A DNA stretch of 64,000 nucleotides, taken from positions 95,852,001 to 95,916,000 of the forward strand of contig OX597816.1 of the NCBI GenBank assembly GCA_951406725.2, written 5' to 3'. The notes under the pieces are model-generated. The model did no database searches, was not told where the DNA came from, and saw only the letters and a program-made list of their open reading frames with translations. The position numbers and the translations under genes were made by a program. The stretch is from Octopus vulgaris. Its lineage: Eukaryota. Of the stretch, positions 1-13,249 are shown piece by piece; within the stretch, counting starts at the first letter, position 1; the number at the start of each line of letters is the position of its first letter.

Positions 1-282
1 TTCCAGCTCTTTATGTACCAAGTAAAAATCTCACCAAAATTGTTGGCTTTTAATCGTCCCAGTCATCAATAAAAGTACCAGTTAAGTACTGGAGTTGATG
101 GTGCTGATTAATCCTGTTCTTCAAAGTTACTGACATTATACCTAAATCAGAAACCATTATTCCACAACAGCAGTTCTGTATTTCTTATGTTTGCTGTTTA
201 CCATATCTCATAAACTATGTCAATAAATGTAATGAATTTGTAAAAATAAATGTTATAACTTATGAATACAAGGGATACTTAC

Positions 283-530
283 CTTATAATGGGAAGATAC
301 ATAGAGTGACATTATTCGATGCAGGAATGCCTCAGAACCTTTATGGAAAGAAAACAATGTGTCCCTGTTGACATAATACAGATCACAGTCCTGCGGTAGA
401 GGGCAACCAGAAGTTATTCTACGAACATTCGTCACATCAAGACATAACAAATCGTTGAGCCATTTCTCAACAGGGTCACCATCAGCATATCTTATAGATT
501 CATTGAGTTGCACTTCATAAAGGACACGTC
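283..530 (-). CDS. NAT10: NAT10 coding exon 13 (ESIRYADGDPVEKWLNDLLCLD...YVNRDTLFSFHK...YVSSHYK); gene continues off the window
   Basis: Conserved motifs; CCACAG acceptor, GTAAGT donor; 248 nt; the 13 exons total 1632 nt = 544 codons with no stop. Confidence 0.97.
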
Positions 531-1744
531 CTGTGGAGAAAAGAAAGGTCAAAGATATATCTATTTTGAAATAACATTCTCAGATTTGATCAACTGATTG
601 ATGCAGTCAACACTTCTCACTGATGCCTTTTTTAACCATGCAAAAGCCATTGATGAAGTATAAAACAGATGAGATTAGTAGTAATCAGAGGTAAAAGAGT
701 AGCACAAATGTTCAATGACATGAAAGTGAAGATGACAATAATACTATATATTTGGCACAAAGTCAAAATTTTAGAAGAAGGGCTTTGTCATTTTAATAGA
801 CTACAACTGATTTGTAACATTTTTTATAGAACAGAGAATGGCAAAAGATGCCCCTCTTCACGTCATATCACTCCTGTATATCATCAGTAGCATGATGTAT
901 CCAGCCCAATGAGACATTAGGCTTAACCCTTATACTGCCCTTGGAACCTCTCGCGATGCTGTCCAGCCTTCTTAACACTACCAATCTGAGTGCATTTATT
1001 CTCATGATCTCTAGGAGAATATTGCCAACTTGTATCACTGTTCACCAAAGGTTAATGTAACTGTCCACCTGCTCAATGATTTGGTCATCTACAACTGTAC
1101 TGAAGTTGCATGGTTGATACTATATTTTGATTTTATTGACGTGCATGTTGAGTCTGGTTGATCACGTTGTTACTCCTGCAATCCCAGTTGATATTCCTAA
1201 AAACAGCATCATGTAGACAAGAGGTATTCAACTTAGGTGAAATGTTGCCTCTTTCTTTAACTCCCCTCTTCAACCTGATCAGTTCCTAGCAGATCCAGAA
1301 TCACTATCCAAGATAGCAAGCAGGATGCAAAGAATCTTTGGATAAAGATATACTATATGAATGTAAAAAATGGGACATATAATGAAAGGACAATCTCTTT
1401 GAACGATAGAGTGATGGAACTTGAGAAAGATCTGTCCAAGATCAACTGTGATGCTATTGGTATCAGTTTGGGATGGTAAATCATACCACTGGTGTGTTGG
1501 CTTGGCTTGCTACCAAGAAGAATGGCATGGTCTACCTACCAACATCTAACCACATAGATGTGATGGTTGACACACGCATACATACATATGTGGGTATGCA
1601 TCACAGATTTCCATAAACATTTTGTCAATTAATTTGAAATTTATTGATAAAAAGTTTATGGAAACTAGTGCTCAGGATACTGCTCAGTGAGATACAGCTT
1701 ATCAACACACTCATGTTGGGTATGTGTAAATGGATATTTATATA

Positions 1745-2070
1745 TCATCATCATCATCGTTTAACGTCCGCTTTCAATGCTAGCATGGGTTGGACGATTT
1801 GACTGAGGTCTGGGAAGCCAGAAGGCTGCACCAGGCCCTCTCTGAACTGGCAGTGTTTCTATGGCTGGATGTCCTTCCTAACACCAATCACTGTGAGTGT
1901 AGTGGGTGCATTTTACGTGCCACCATCATAGGTGCCAGACGAGGCTGGCAAATGGCCACGATTGGATGGTGCTTTTTACGTGCCACCGGCACGGAGGCCA
2001 GTTGGGGCGGCACTGGCAACGGCCACGTTCGGATGGTTCTCCTATGTGCCACCGGCACTGGTATCACAGC
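1745..2070 (-). mobile_element. Short copy of the RTE 3' end
   Basis: Reverse complement of ...CCAACCCATGCTAGCATGGAAAGCGGACGTTAAACGATGATGATG, the same tail as at 16100-16300. Confidence 0.8.
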
Positions 2071-2484
2071 AACAATTTCCATTGATGTTGATCGATTTCA
2101 TGGTGGCAGTTATAATGAAATTGTTTTCTTATATCAAAGTAATAAGGTGTTTCAATAGAACATCTTTACCCCCGGGAACTACCGGGTACACCAGCTAATA
2201 TGTATATATGTAAGTAAGTATGGATGGATGGATGGATGGATAGATAGATATACACACACACAGATACACAATGAACTTCCATCAAGTTTTTGTCAACCAA
2301 AACTTCATTTATAAGGTATTAATCAACTTCTCTCCTTCTCCCTGTAGTTTGGGCAACTTTAGTAGTGATCAGTATCGGAGTAAACTAAAAATGGTAGGAA
2401 ACAACAGTTTAACTAGAGCAATATATTAAAGAATGGAAGTGTTGAAGAGGCAACATATATACATACATATAATAAAAGACTTAC

Positions 2485-2612
2485 CTGACAAACTATTAGT
2501 GGTACTCTCAACAGCTGTCACCTTTTTCACTTCAGTTCCTGAGAAAGTAGCAGCTTGTTGTCGGAGTTGTTGGATAAGTTTCAGAGATAAAGAACGACCT
2601 GTTCCCTCGTAT
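2485..2612 (-). CDS. NAT10: NAT10 coding exon 12 (YEGTGRSLSLKLIQQLRQQ...)
   Basis: GYEGTGRSLSLKL motif; CTTCAG acceptor, GTAAGT donor; 128 nt. Confidence 0.96.
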
Positions 2613-3010
2613 CTGAAGATGGCCAATAAAATGAGATTTAATCATTAAACAATAAAATTTAATCATTTGAAGTACAATATTAATACAGTAAAAGTGCATG
2701 ATAAATATTTCTTTCAATAGTTTTTAAATATCGTTAAGTGCAAGGAAAAATAATAATTGTTGTTATCGCAGCTGGATGCTACTAACCACACTATCTTAAA
2801 AGAAGAGAGGCTATGCTTGCCAACAAAGCAGGCCAAAGGAAGAAAGCCAAATAAATACCTTGATTCAAAGGATAAAGCACTAACAGAGTAAATAACTGGA
2901 CTCGTCATTTTGTCTTCCATTCTTAGCATTACTTGCAAGATAATACTTTTCTATACCCAGGCATGTTTCTTCATAGGAAATTGGAAATGAACACCACCAC
3001 CTATATGATA

Positions 3011-3371
3011 CTCTTTTTACTCGTTTCAGTCATTTGACTGTGGCCATGCTGGAGCACCGCTTTTAGTTGAGCAAATCGACCCTAGGACTTATCTTTGTAA
3101 GCCTAGTACTTATTCTATCGGTAAACACACCAGCATCGGTTGTCAACAAACACAGACACACAAACATAAACACACACTTACACATATATATAGATATATA
3201 TATACATATATACGACGGGCTTCTTTCAGTTTCCGTCTAACAAATCCACTCACAAAGCTTTGGTCGGCCCAAGGCTATAGTAGAAGACACTTGCCCAAGG
3301 TGCCACACAGTGGGACTGAACCCGGAACCATGTGGTTGGTAAGCAAGTTACTTACCACACAGCCACTCCTA
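3011..3371 (-). mobile_element. tRNA-derived SINE family 1 (CORE-like CCTTGGGCAAGT, internal CA/TA microsatellite); degraded relatives at ~3440-4055, 5780-5890, 11950-12100, 20380-20530
   Basis: A-box GTGGCTGTGTGGT and B-box GGTTCAGTCCC on the minus strand; body near-identical to 60121-60525. Confidence 0.8.
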
Positions 3372-5029
3372 CAGTTATTTAGTGACAGTTATTTACAACC
3401 ATCATGTTACATCAAGCCAAAGCAACATAAACACACATATTTATAATGAGCTTCTTTCAGTTTCTTCAATCAAATCCACTTACAAGGTTTTGGCTGACCT
3501 AGGGCAACAGTAGAAGACAATTGCTCAAGGTGCTATGCAGTAGGATTGAACCTGAAACCACATGGTTAAGAAGCTTGCTTCACAACCATACCTGTATTCC
3601 AGTAATATCTACTGTAATATCAAAATTTTACATCACATTTTTACTGCAAAAATATTACTCTTTTACTTGTTTCAGTCATTTGACTGCGGCCATGCTGGAG
3701 CACTGCCTTTAATCGAACAAATTGACCTCCAGGTCTTATTCTTTGTGAGCCTACTACTTATTCTATTGGTCCATTTTGCTGAATTGCTAGGCTATGGGGA
3801 CATAAACACACCAACATTGGTTATCAAGTAATGGTGGTGGTGGGGACAAACAGACACAGAATCACACACACATACACATATATATGTATATATCATCATC
3901 ATCATAAATTGTTTAATGTCCACATGACAGGCTTCTTTCAGTTTCTGTCTACCAAATCCACTCACAGGGCTTTGGTTAGCCTTAGGCTATAGCAGAAGAC
4001 ACTTGCCCAAGGTGCCACGCAGTGGGACTGAACTCGAAACCATGTGGTTGGGAAGATTGAAGTTAAATATTTTAGATGAAAAGGCTTAAATGTTACCAAG
4101 TGAAAGTTGAGGAATAAATCCACTGTTGCTGAAATTTCAACAGAATTTCCTGAGGTAGCACAGCAAAAAAAAAAATGGTGATGGTTAGACAAGACTTTCA
4201 AGTCTGTTGAAATGAGTAGGATAACAATTAAGTAGCTCTTAGATGTAAAACAAAAGTAGAAGAGCCAAAAAAGAAGGAACTGTAATTACTGGGCCAGCCA
4301 AATCCACTCCATACTATATGCTAGTCATTAATGGCCAATAAAACAGGATTCAATAACGAAAGAGGAATGCATGGGTGCTATATGCTACAGTCTATCATAA
4401 TGTTATACACTACAGACCCTAAGAAGGTGAAGGGGATATTGAACGTAATAATATCATCTTAGACAAACTAAGAAATCTGGTGCAGTAACTGGGCACGAAT
4501 CCTGGAAATGCAGAAAAAAAAAATCAAGTAACACTAATGCAGAGTTATCTCCCTTAGACTGCATGGCGCTACAAATTAAGTAATTAGACACACCTAAAGT
4601 TAAAGTAAGTGATGTATGTAACAAGTACAGTTGTATTGTTGAAGATTAGGTCTTTGGCGTATTAGCAATAGCATCTATAAATTTCTATATATGCTTGCCT
4701 AAGATTTCTTTAACTGCAGCTGCGATGAGAGGGATGTAAATTTTTTTCATCATGAAAAGACTCAGGTGCTGCAAGTGAGGGCTGTCAAGTACCAAACACC
4801 CAACTACCTTTATACATACTTAAAAGATTAAAGCATGGTTGAAGAGATTCCAGTGAGAATATTACAAGGAATAATAAGCAACAAAAAGGACTAGATACTT
4901 TCCTAATGAAAATATATTTAAAAATACAGAACAAAATCCTTTCCAGCCATGAAATGACAAGTAGAAATAGTTCACCTATTTAAAACAATTCATTTAATGA
5001 AGTGAATTCTTAATGTATGTGTGGGTCAT

Positions 5030-5378
5030 TGCCAGTGCTGCCTGACTGGCTTCCCGTGCTGGTGGCATGAAAAAAGCACCATCCAAACGTCGTCAATACC
5101 AGCCCCCACACTCTGACTGGCTCCTGTGCAGGTAGCACGCAAAAAGCACCATCCAAACGTGGCCGATGCAAGTGTCGCCTGACTGGCTCCTGTGCCCGAA
5201 GCATGCAAAAAGCACCCACTACACTCTCGGAGAAGTTAGCATTAGGAAGGGCATCCAGCTGTAGAAACTTTGCTAGATCAGATTGGAGCCCGGTGCAGCC
5301 TCCTGGATTGCCAGTCACCAGTCAAACCATCCAACCCATGCCAGCATGGAAAATGGACGTTAAACGATGATGATGATG
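5030..5378 (+). mobile_element. Short copy of the RTE 3' end
   Basis: AAAAAGCACC subrepeats, GGAAGGGCATCCAGCTGTAGAAAC, (GAT)n tail. Confidence 0.8.
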
Positions 5379-5581
5379 AGACAAACAGATAGAGAGATAA
5401 GTACATAGACAGATAGGTAGACAGGTAGATAGATACATAGACAGACAGACAGATAGATGGAATGATGGACATACAGACAGATTGATTGCTAGATAGATAT
5501 GCTAAATTTATTCCTTAATATAATATTGAGAACCTTTAAAAATGATGATGGCAATGAAAAAGTGAATGCAAGGGTACTTAC

Positions 5582-5718
5582 CCATTAACAGTTGAAGACA
5601 TGAAAACAAGGTAGGGTCCGATGAGTTCCTTTACCAAAGGCAATGGAATGGCAGCTGCTTCATCAATGCAAACCAATTCAGCTTGACCAAGCTTGTGAGC
5701 ATCAGTAGGATGAATATA
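5582..5718 (-). CDS. NAT10: NAT10 coding exon 11, Walker B-like (LGQAELVCIDEAAAIPLPLVK...PYLVFMSSTVNG)
   Basis: IDEAAAIPLP motif; CCTAG acceptor, GTAAGT donor; 137 nt. Confidence 0.97.
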
Positions 5719-5930
5719 CTAGGTAAAAAAAAGCAATAAAACTTACAAAAATTTTCAAACGTAAAAGAAAAAAACATGTTTGAGTAGCTTGCTTCCAGAC
5801 CATGTGATCTTGGGTTCAGTCCCACTGCACAGCACCTTGGGTAAGTGTCTTCCATCTTGGTAGATGGAAACTGAAAGAAGCCTGTCATATTAAAAGCATA
5901 AAAGAATACACATATATAGATATATACATA

Positions 5931-6308
5931 CTAGCAGTATCGCCCGGCGTTGCTCAGGTTTGTAAGGGAAATAACTATAAATCATTTTTAGAGAGTTATA
6001 GCCAAAAAACAGCAAAAAAATGGAAAAAAATGATGGTAAATTTTTTGAGATTTAAAAAAGGTGGAGTTGCGTCCCCTAGACAGTCTGTGGTTTGTGTTTC
6101 TGATTCTCGACCCCATGTCGAATTTATCGATTTTTTTCAGAACTGGGAGAACTTTTCAAAATTTTCGCTGCGTTAGTTTTGAATTATGACATTGGGCTAT
6201 GTGTGTGTCAAGTTTCATCAGAATCGGTTGAAAGCCGTGGTCAGGGTGAGGGTACAACCAAACAGACACACAGAAACACACACAGACAAACTGCCGTTTA
6301 TATAGAGA
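5931..6308 (-). mobile_element. Non-autonomous Helitron, same 3' end family
   Basis: A|CTAGCAGTATCGCCCGGCGTTGCTC is the reverse complement of the 3' terminus at 26114. Confidence 0.8.
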
Positions 6309-6329
6309 GAGAAGAGATACACACACATA

Positions 6330-7325
6330 CAGGGGTTGGACACAATAATGGAAACATCTTAAAATTTCAAACAAATTTAATTTTATATGGGGTAAGACAG
6401 CCTTTGGCAGTAATTACAGCATGAATTCTACTAGGTATGGACTTGAACAAAGTTTGAATTGTTTCCAAAGGAATTTTTGTGCATTCTTCAGCTAAAAGTC
6501 TCCAGTTCTTGTGATGATGGTGGAGGATATCGACTCCTTACTTGTTTTTCTAAAATGCACCATAGATCTGGAGACTGTACTGGCTAGATAACATGTTCAA
6601 CTTCACTAGAATGTTCTCCATGCCATTCAGTAACAACTTGACCTGTGTGAATTGCTGCATTACCATCCTGAAAGATTGCATTTCCCTCTGGAAACAATTC
6701 TGCAACCATAGGATGAATTTGATCAGATAAAATGCTTAGTTTTCACCATTACTTCTACCATGAAGGGACACCACAGGGCCAGCAGATTTCCAAGATGTAA
6801 CAGCCCTAGTTCATCAGTTGGAAGAAGGCAGACTGGGTCAAATGCTTCTTTTGTCTGTCTCCACACGTATACTCAGCAGGTGGTCAGAAATAAGGTAATG
6901 GATGACTTGTCTGAGAAATAACATTCTTCCACTGCTCTAGGGACCAATTCTGTAGGCTTTTACTCCACTCTAAACACTTTGCAATGTTTGTTTTTGAAAG
7001 TAGTGGTTTTCTGATTGCAGCCCTCCTGTGAAATCCAGCTTTGTGCAGCTGCCGGCAAACAGTTTTGTGGAAACAGGGTTCTCGAGGTGGTGATTAAGCT
7101 CTGCAGTAATTTTGGGAGCTGTACTTTTGTGATCCTTTCAAACAATTTGTGTAAGAGTCCGATGATCCCTATCTGAAAGTTTTGGCTTTCTTCCGTAATT
7201 TTGTTTCGACGAGGAGGTTTTTACCTCTTTCTCATAGGCAGTCATTACTTTCGAGATAGTACTTCTTGATGCACCAAACATTTCAGCTGTTTTTGTTATG
7301 CTAGCACCTGACTTACGAGCACCAA
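6330..7325 (-). mobile_element. Decayed Tc1-like DNA transposon
   Basis: TA|CAGGGGTTGGACACAATAATGGAAACA terminus; minus-strand remnants GASITKTAEMFGASRSTISKV...GRKPKLSDR (HTH), VIFSD and IFQDGNA (DDE motifs). Confidence 0.8.
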
Positions 7326-7792
7326 CTTAGTGAAGATTCCACTCTAAGCATGCTTTGGGTATACTGATAAATGTTCTATTGATAAATGCTGCAGAGATCT
7401 GTTGAGATGTCAGGCTCAACCAGCATCCAATTATTGAAGAGAAACTCAGTGCTTCATTACTCACTGCTCAACAAAGACTGAGAAATGCAATCATTAAACT
7501 GCTGGTAAATATTTAAAAATCATTAGTCATTTTAGGTCAAGATGCTTTATGATACACTTTGGTTGAAGGTTGGTAACCAGCTGCTAGCAGTAAATATGGA
7601 TACCTACTTATATTTTGTAAACTAAAATTGATTGTTTGCATCAAAAAAGACAATCTGATTCATGGTGGGTGCTTCTTTTCGCAACATCTAACATGAGTGG
7701 TACTTTATTTTATCAAACTTGTAATGGCAGAAGACAAAGCTAAACTCAGAAAGCAATGATACTGAACTGAACACTACAATTTCTTTTCTGAT

Positions 7793-8419
7793 TTATGGGT
7801 CATCTCATAAATCATGTGCTTTTTTCAATTGCATGAGGTGGATGGGATAAACTACCTGATCAACTTGCTATAAAAGCAAGTAGTAATTTCACCTTGTCCT
7901 TATTCTAAGTGCAAGTTTTGAAGAGTGCAGTTTGATTTAAACAATTATTGTTTAAAGCTATAATGGAAGTAACAAAAGAGCATATTTGGCATATTTTGCT
8001 TTATGAGTTCTATAAAGGCAGCAACACAACAGAAAGTGTGAAGAATATTAATGCAGTATATGGGGATGGGACAATAAGCGTAAGTCAATGTCAACGGTGG
8101 TTTCAGAAATTCTAAGCTAGATAGTGCAGCCTAGAAGACGAGCCTCATCCAGGAAGATCTGTAGAGCTCTTCAAAATCATTAGGATGGAAAAAGTATGAA
8201 TTTTGTATATGAGGTCAGAACAGTACTGAAGGAGTATTTTCCATCATGGACAAGTGAATTTTGGAAGAGAGGCCTTGAAAGTCTACCAGATAGATGGAAG
8301 AGCATTGTAGAAAATGAAGGAGAGTGTATTTTAGATTAAAAAATAACCTTGTTTATCTTAATTTTGAAAAATAAAAGAAGTATAAAAAAAACCCACATTA
8401 TTTATGGGATGACCCAATA
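7793..8419 (+). mobile_element. Internally deleted mariner element
   Basis: Imperfect TIRs (TGGGTCATCTCATAAAT / ATTTATGGGATGACCCA); MEVTKEHIWHILLYEF...CQRWFQKF..LEDEPHPGR and C-terminal LPDRWKSIVENEGE. Confidence 0.85.
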
Positions 8420-8431
8420 TTTGAATGGTAC

Positions 8432-8630
8432 TATCATCATCATCGTTTAATGTCCACTTTCCATGCTAGAATGGGTTGGACCATTTGACTGAGGACTGGC
8501 AAGCCAGATGGCTGCATCAGGTCCAATCTGATCTGGCAGAGTTTCTACAACTGGATGCCCTTCTTAACGACAACCACTCCAATAGTGTAGTGGGTGCTCT
8601 TACGTGCCACCGGTACAAGGGCCAGTCAGG
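8432..8630 (-). mobile_element. Short copy of the RTE 3' end
   Basis: Same family, reverse orientation. Confidence 0.75.
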
Positions 8631-8792
8631 CAGTAAGAATAAAATAAACTAATTTCAGTGGGATATGAGAAAAGAATGTAAAAAGCCAGAAATATCACAA
8701 AGTATTTCATCTGACACATCAGTGATTGTTCAGATACATAACCTATATCTACAGTGTTACAAACATTAAATAATAAGCATAGAATAACTTAC

Positions 8793-8891
8793 CTGTATTG
8801 TCTGCCGATGGTCTCTGAATATATTGACTCTGACAATGGCTTTGTTGAAGTCAGGGTTTGATGACTGGATTATTTCATAGTCAATGTGTTC
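8793..8891 (-). CDS. NAT10: NAT10 coding exon 10 (EHIDYEIIQSSNPDFNKAIVRVNIFRDHRQTIQ)
   Basis: Conserved; CTGCAG acceptor, GTAAGT donor; 99 nt. Confidence 0.96.
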
Positions 8892-10285
8892 CTGCAGTAG
8901 ACAAATACAAAATATACATCAGACAATGTGCCAAAGTAGAAATATGAACCACATAAACATATGGTGCAGATTTACACTAAAATAGAAAACACTCTTTTAG
9001 AGCATAGTATATTAATCTCTACCACAGGGATTGAACATGATAGGTGCAGTCATCACCATGTGGTCAAGAAATTTGGTTCACAATGGAAATGAATGTATGT
9101 ATGTATGTGTGTGTGTGTGTGTATGTGTTCGTGCATGCACGTGAGTGTGAGAGAGAGAGGAAACCAATAAGTATTTGGAGGTTCTCATAGGGACATTGTC
9201 GGGCAACAGTAACCATCCTTGTGTCTCACATTAACAAAAAGTCTGGCAGCTCAATACCTCAACATAAAGATATGTGGAATAAGGTACCATCTCATAAACA
9301 ATAAAGGGTATACAACTGAAGAATACTGTCTCAATAATTCCTCCGACTCAAGACAGCTTACAAGAAATGTATATAAAAATAATGATGATGAAGATGATGA
9401 CAATAACACTGAATACAATGCTTATATTACTACATACTATAGTACTAAATATGGCAAGATTAAAATAAGTATCACAAAGTATAGTATTGAACATAGTACA
9501 ATTAGAACATTGCATGGTATACTATCAAACAAGGTGTTTAGAACATTATCAACAAGTATACTAAGCATGACCAGTACCTTGTAACTGAAAGTTAATAGAC
9601 AGGAAATGAATGTTATGCATATAGAATATACCACATAATTCTCTGAGTTTATTTAGTGCCAAATGTACACTACTGGCACAATAGTTTGTTCTGGATATTG
9701 TCCAATATAGAAACAATCAGCATGTGTAGACCTTACTAAACAAACTATAAGTAAAACATGAGATACAACCTGGTCAACATAATGATCTGACTTTTGCAAA
9801 AATCTTGTCAAAGTTTGTGATGTCAAAATGTTTTTTGCTTAGACATAAATCTGTTCTTACTAACCAAACCTACAATCATAGATGTTCTGACTCTGACAAT
9901 TGTGTTTCTTTTTTTAATCTATTTTATCAAGGAATAGAATAATGACAACTGTATTATCCAAAATGTTTCAATTTGAAGACAATAAGGTGTGACTAGAGGG
10001 AAATTTTTATCTTTTTCTAGCAAGTTGAACAACCACATCATGGATCCCTCATCAACTCACACAAGCAGTGATTTCAAAGAAGGCTGGAATATGGTCTTAC
10101 AAAGTTCTAATTCCTATGCTCTTTGGTGCTTTGCATAACAATAAGGGATAGCATTATAAACTATATGCCAAGCGAATTCCATCAAGCAGAAACTAATGTT
10201 ACCTTTAACAAGCTCAACTACTTCTGTTAAGTTGTGTATACTCATGACAGACCAAGAACAAATACATATGATGAAACAGCCTTAC

Positions 10286-10379
10286 CTGATATTCTAGAAC
10301 ATCAAAACCTTTAAATATGAATTCGAATAGAGTTTTTAAGTTTTCTGGACTTGGTGATGTAACAAAAATATTGGAATAG
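10286..10379 (-). CDS. NAT10: NAT10 coding exon 9 (YSNIFVTSPSPENLKTLFEFIFKGFDVLEYQ)
   Basis: Conserved motif; TTTCAG acceptor, GTAAGG donor; 94 nt. Confidence 0.96.
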
Positions 10380-11449
10380 CTGAAAGATAAGCAAGAAAAT
10401 TTTATGGATGACTAAAAGTGTTAACATTTGATAATATGACTGAAACAATGGTGGCTAGAGAGAAAGAAGGTAATGGTGAAAAAGGAAAAGTGACAGAGCA
10501 GAATAAGGAATACAAAAGTGGAAAAAGTTAAATGCACATACTGAAATATTGACATATTTGTAGACATAACTGTAAAAAGTCAGAAATTACAGTATAAAAT
10601 ATTATATGTGAAGTGGTTAGGATTAGCAATATAGATGTGTACCAACCAACCCATGGAAGCATGGAAGATGGACATTAAATGAAGATGATGAGTTTCAGAA
10701 TTCAAAATTGAACAAGTACAGATTTGGAAGAGATATGCAAAGCACAACTCAAATAAGTATTTTTATTTTTCAACCTTAATAGTTCTGCATAAATTGGAGA
10801 TATCGTAAGGACATTACCACGTCACAGTCACAAATATAGCTTTGGTTTTCTATCTAATCCTTGACCCTAAAGCACATGTGTCTCTGGGATGTGATTGGAT
10901 TGAATTATTAATTTATTACAAGACATTCATACTGTTAAGTAAATGTTTGAAAAGTCATAGAATTAACCACTCAAATGATACATTGCATTGGATATTAAGT
11001 GCATCATGGATATTTTAGAATACAACATAAGGATTTACAAATTCCATATTAATATTTCAGTATCCAAAGGCAGCAAGCTGAGTAAAATGTTTAGCAGCAT
11101 TTCATCTGTCTTTATGTTCTGAGTTCAAATTCCATTGAGATTGACTTTACCTTTCATCTTTTCAGGGTTGATAAAATAAATACCAGTTGAGCAGAGGTCA
11201 ATGTAGACTACCCTCTCCTAAAATTGCTGGCCTTGTGTCAACATTTGAAACCAATATTTCAGTATCTTGAACAACATTATTCATTATTTTATTATACAAA
11301 GATTATTAATAAATCAACAAAAGCAATAATTTTCTAAGTTTAAAATTTAAGTTTCCTTAACTTTACATGTATGTGCACCTCAGTTACTAAGATAGTGAAG
11401 CACTGACCTAGAGCCACACATTAAGTTGAGATTATTTATAAAAACTTAC

Positions 11450-11583
11450 CCAAATCCCACTGCTGTAGCCATGGCAAGGCCTAGTGCAGCTGATTTTCCT
11501 CGGCCACGAGCTGCTGTCATCACAACTGTATTCCGTAAAGTCTTCTCAGACACTGAGTCTATAAACTTTAAGAGTCCTTTAGC
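11450..11583 (-). CDS. NAT10: NAT10 coding exon 8, helicase-domain Walker A (TAARGRGKSAALGL)
   Basis: AKGLLKFIDSVSEKTLRNTVVMTAARGRGKSAALGLAMATAVGFG; TTACAG acceptor, GTAAGT donor; 134 nt. Confidence 0.97.
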
Positions 11584-13141
11584 CTGTAAAATAACAAAGT
11601 ATATACTTCAGTAATCCTTTAAACTCTGACATGACCATAAACTTTAGTCCTTTAGGCTGAAAAATGAAGAAACAAAATGATTGCATTGAAATAAAAACGA
11701 GAACTGTCATCATTTAACACCTGTATCTCCCCATGCTTGCATGAGTCATACGAAATTGAGAGAAATATCCTATAGCAGGATGCACTTCCCCTTGCTAACA
11801 CTCACCTGTTATTAAGTGAGGTAATATTTGCCTTAGGCCAGACATGTTTTTCATGAAAGACTGGAAATGTACATCTTGTATGACTGATGCTTGCTCTAGT
11901 CATCACGTGATATTAAGAGAAGGGTACACACACACACACATGCACATATATATGATAGGCTTCTTTCAGTTCCTGTCAACCAAATCCACTTACAAGGTTC
12001 TTGTTGGCTAGAAGGCACTTGTCCATGGTGCCACACAGTACGACTGAGCCCAAAACCAAATGGTCGGAAAGCAAGCTCCTTAACCAAACAGCCACACCTG
12101 CACCTACATGTTTCAAGTCATGATCATTGCAAGATATGTTGCTCTAAGAACTCAATAAAGGGTGTTGAAAAGTAAAACAAATATCATTAACTTTGAAAGA
12201 TATTTGTCAAATATGGAAACTTTGAAGGGAATACTTCCCTTTCAAATATATATTTTTATCATTCTTAGACATAAAGAATGAATCAGAAGTCTTTCTAACA
12301 TTCCAGTATATCTTTCAACAACATATAACATGACACTGATAAGCATAATGTTCAATTTCTATTCTTTTTCATCCTTCCAAATATCTTCCCCAAAAGCTCA
12401 ACAAAAAATATAATAATCTAATAAACAACTTGAAATTGTAAACTGAAGACAGTTTCAAAAGTTGTATTACAATATTGGTTCCAGGATTGCATGAACTTAA
12501 AGTTTGGTGCGCTATTCTGTTACTTCGTAAAGCATATTTCTGAAAGCAGGTACTACTCTTGTCCTTCAGTTAATTATGAGAAATGATAAAAATATACTTG
12601 TGCATTTTAGCAACGTTTTTAAAAATCATTAGATTCTAGCCATCCGACTATTCAGAGTTATGTACCTTGCCTCAGAACACAGAGTAATTGATAACCCTCC
12701 AATGAAGTCAAAGTGAAGTACAATTAGTGAAAATGCTGGACTCACAGAAAAGCCTCTACATACAGCTCTAACTACATAGTCTACTTACCTACATAAATAT
12801 GTGAAGTTTTCAGAGAAGATGGAGAAGGTTTACAACCCTTTTGATATGGGATCATTTTTCTAGATTAAATGAAGTACTTTACTAGCCTGTTTCATAGTTT
12901 TAAAATTGAAGTGTCAGAACCAATGAAGTACCAATGATCAGGTACCAATGAAGGTACACAAACCATTAATTCTTAAACAGAAAGTGTAATGCCTTACTAA
13001 CCCAGTCAGAAGTTGTTTTCCAACAATATAGATTAGTACAGTCCCTGCTGTTTCAGAAGACGTTTATGATATAATCTGTTTTTAAAGGACGTTTATGACA
13101 TAATCTTAATTATGATTAAATAGCAGAAAAAAATTTCTTAC

Positions 13142-13249
13142 TTGATCTAAAGTTCGGGCACAATTGATGATTGCACCAACAGGTTGAGTATCTTGCAAGG
13201 ATTCTTTTAAAGCTACCAATTCACGTTCAGATTGACTGAGAGATTCTTC
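13142..13249 (-). CDS. NAT10: NAT10 coding exon 7 (EESLSQSERELVALKESLQDTQPVGAIINCARTLDQ)
   Basis: Conserved LKESLQDTQPVG..C.TLDQ; TTTCAG acceptor, GTAAGA donor; 108 nt. Confidence 0.95.
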
